Shown here: piece after piece, positions 61,675 to 64,000 of the stretch | How the letters are laid out: each line of letters starts with the position of its first letter | How positions within the stretch are numbered: position 1 is the first letter of the stretch | From: Vairimorpha necatrix | Lineage: Eukaryota | Direction of reading: 5' to 3' | NCBI GenBank assembly: GCA_036630325.1 | Contig: CP142737.1 | Span: 558,001 to 622,000 of the forward strand | DNA length: 64,000 bases | The notes under the pieces: generated by a model | Told to the model about the DNA's origin: nothing | The model's input: the letters and a program-made list of their open reading frames with translations, nothing else | Database searches by the model: none | Made by a program: the position numbers and the translations under genes

Positions 61675-62717
61675 GGTGCTTCACCGTTTTGCTGCCCTAA
61701 AAAAATAAAAAAAAAATAAAAAAAAATAAATTTTATAAAATCAATTAAAACATCAATTTTCCCATTCTTGAATACGTTATTTAAAAATTTTTTTCTAAAA
61801 GTAAATTCTTCGAGCCAAGATTTGATATTCACACGTTTTACTCCGTGCTGTTTAGTCATTTCAGATTTCATACCAGACCAAAAATTCTCAATATTATTAG
61901 TATGAAAACCTTCTTCATTAGTAAATCCTATTGAATAATTTACAATAATGTGTTTGAGTTTTAGATTCGCTGCTACACCGGGATAACTAGAATGGCCATC
62001 CGAAATAAGAACTGATCCCGGTAAGACTTTATCTCCTATTATCTTTGTTAAAAAATTTATCTTTCGATCCGGAACTTGTACTATACAATTTTTTTTTCTA
62101 TCTACAGCTTCTATTAACCCCAAAATCCATGCAGTATCTTTAATTCCATCATCTGCTCTAGATGGAACTCTAATAGTTCCTCTTCTACAAAGTACAGTTT
62201 CATCAACTTGAACTCCCGATCCACCGATTTCGCAATCGGTTTAAAATTTCTTTCTAATATATTCCCTCAATTTAAGCTTTATTTTTAAAATAGTGTCATT
62301 TGACACACACGTTAAACATTTAATTAATCTATAATTGCTGTTACAAAGGACCAAGAACAAAACAAAAAGATAAATTTCAAATGATAATGTAATGCTAGGT
62401 AAAAAGCTGTTTTTTGCCCTGCATTGTTGTCTCATACACCTATAAACTAATCTTTCCTTTCCCCTTTCCAATAATATTGTAAGCTTTGCAACAACATGAT
62501 CACAAGAACCACATCGTCTAATCAAATTAATAATTCCAGTCTCTATCATGTAGTCTTTACATATGGCAAGACTGGAAAACAAAGGATGTCTAAAATTATA
62601 AAAGTTTCTTTTTGTCATTTTTGGGGCTTTTTTTTAAAAAAAAAATAAAAATTATTAAATTTTTGCTTTTCTCCGTTTTGCTCCCTAAAAAATGGGGCAG
62701 CAAAACGGAGAAGACCC
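61675..62717 (-). mobile_element. Merlin with one in-frame premature stop
   Basis: TIR core CTTC.CCGTTTTGCTGCCC and TSD TATAAAGC on both sides. ORFs 62618-62241 and 62123-61659 are in frame across VQVDETVLCRRG, with ISDGHSSY and HTNNIENFW downstream. Confidence 0.92.
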
Positions 62718-63099
62718 TATAAAGCGATGTATATTGCATAAGAAAGCGACTAATCACAACGATACATCAATTCACGTCATGTAAATCTATAGTATTATAT
62801 GTAGCGAGCTCAGGTAGGGTGTTACCCGAGCCGGCCTGATTCTCCAATTTTTCTTATTTTTTTTAGATCATTTACTTATTTTAATTTTATGAATTATATT
62901 TTCATAATTTTATACCGTACTGATCAGTAATTATTTTTCAGAAAACTTTTTTCATTTTAGCACGTAATTTCACGCATATGCGACTCGGACTAGATGTTTG
63001 CAGGACAAAACCACTGAGCTAAACAGCCTAGTAATAAATAATATTAGAATATTAAAATCGAGTATAAGTTATTTATAAAATAATTTTTTATCCCTTCAT

Positions 63100-64000
63100 T
63101 AAAGGGATCAAAACTCAAGAAGAGTACGATCTTCTTGTTGAATTACTACAAGGAGAAATTTGTTACAATCTTCGACAAACAAGTAGGTTATAACCAAAAA
63201 GAGCCGAAAAGTTCCTTTTTGTAGATAATATACTTTTTCTGAGAGATTTATTCTGGCTTGCACGAAGGGTAGTTGTGAGAGTATAATATAGTCCATGAAA
63301 TTGGAAATACAAACACAACATAGTAAGTATCAAAATGCACACAATAGTTTATATAGGTTGTGTCAGTAATTCTACTTCAATTTCCCCGGAAGCCTTGTGC
63401 GAGAGGGTTGCAAAAGTGCAATATTTGTTCACAGGCACAACCTACAAAACAAAGGAATCCTACAAGCATTAATAACCAAACCCCTCTTTGTGGGGGTTAT
63501 GTCGACCAAAACAAAGGGCAAATTTGGCTACTAACCGCTATAGATGTATATTCTAAGTATGCATTTATAAGTGTTGGAAATATAAAACGGCCTCAGAAGT
63601 TTTACTACATTTGAAAGATAATTTTAATCGATATTTCTTCGTAGTAAACTTCAGTTTGTTATGGTAAAGAATTCAAAAATTCACTTTTTTCCGAATTCTG
63701 CGAGCAGAATCAATTTTTACTAGTCCATGGCAGACCCAGGTATTCTCGGAGTCGAGGTCAAGTTGAGAGATTTATTCAATTCTCACTCGATACTTGCAAA
63801 AACATCTCTACGTAGAATTTGGTTCAAATAATATAAATTAGACCTTATTAATCGACACAATTGTTTTTCAATACAACATCGCAGCATATTTTGCAACAAA
63901 AAATCTCCATTTAATTTATTTTATAAAAAACGGGATACAATACTTGTAAAAGCAGTAACAACGAAGAAGACTTATATTTTAAGTTTAGGCGAAAAATAGA
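63100..64000 (+). pseudogene. Second decayed Ginger/GIN-like integrase
   Basis: CNICSQAQP, WLLTAIDVYSKYAF, NGKEFKN and HGRPRYSRSRGQVERF. Confidence 0.7.

Noticed and set aside
1-64000. Bacterial IS1595 elements, CRISPR arrays or rRNA
   Set aside because: The DDE elements sit in a eukaryotic context and fit Merlin. No regularly spaced repeat-spacer array or rRNA-like sequence was seen.

Overview
AT-rich eukaryotic DNA, most likely from a large-genome microsporidian. This is an inference from the CCC-type motif just upstream of many ATGs, the intronless ORFs and the very high Merlin load. Well over half of the window is nested transposable elements. There are about 13 Merlin (IS1595/ISXO2-like DDE) elements or fragments with GG..CC TIRs, most with 8-bp TSDs, plus one pogo, one hAT and one MULE. 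There are also two Ginger/GIN-like integrase relics, one R4/Dong-type non-LTR relic, five two-LTR Ty3/gypsy elements and several solo LTRs. Only four host-like genes are supported: a C2H2 zinc-finger protein, a secreted coiled-coil protein and two paralogous ~65-70 aa secreted peptides. The most striking element is an intact 3,184-bp Ty3/gypsy retrotransposon (30508-33691) with identical 49-bp LTRs. Its single Gag-RT-RNaseH-IN ORF starts inside the LTR and has no recognisable aspartic protease, and a decayed sister copy has the same layout. Other oddities are a MULE flanked by a perfect 79-bp direct duplication and a recurrent internal inverted TIR copy at the promoter end of Merlins. All coordinates were counted by eye and may be off by a few bases.
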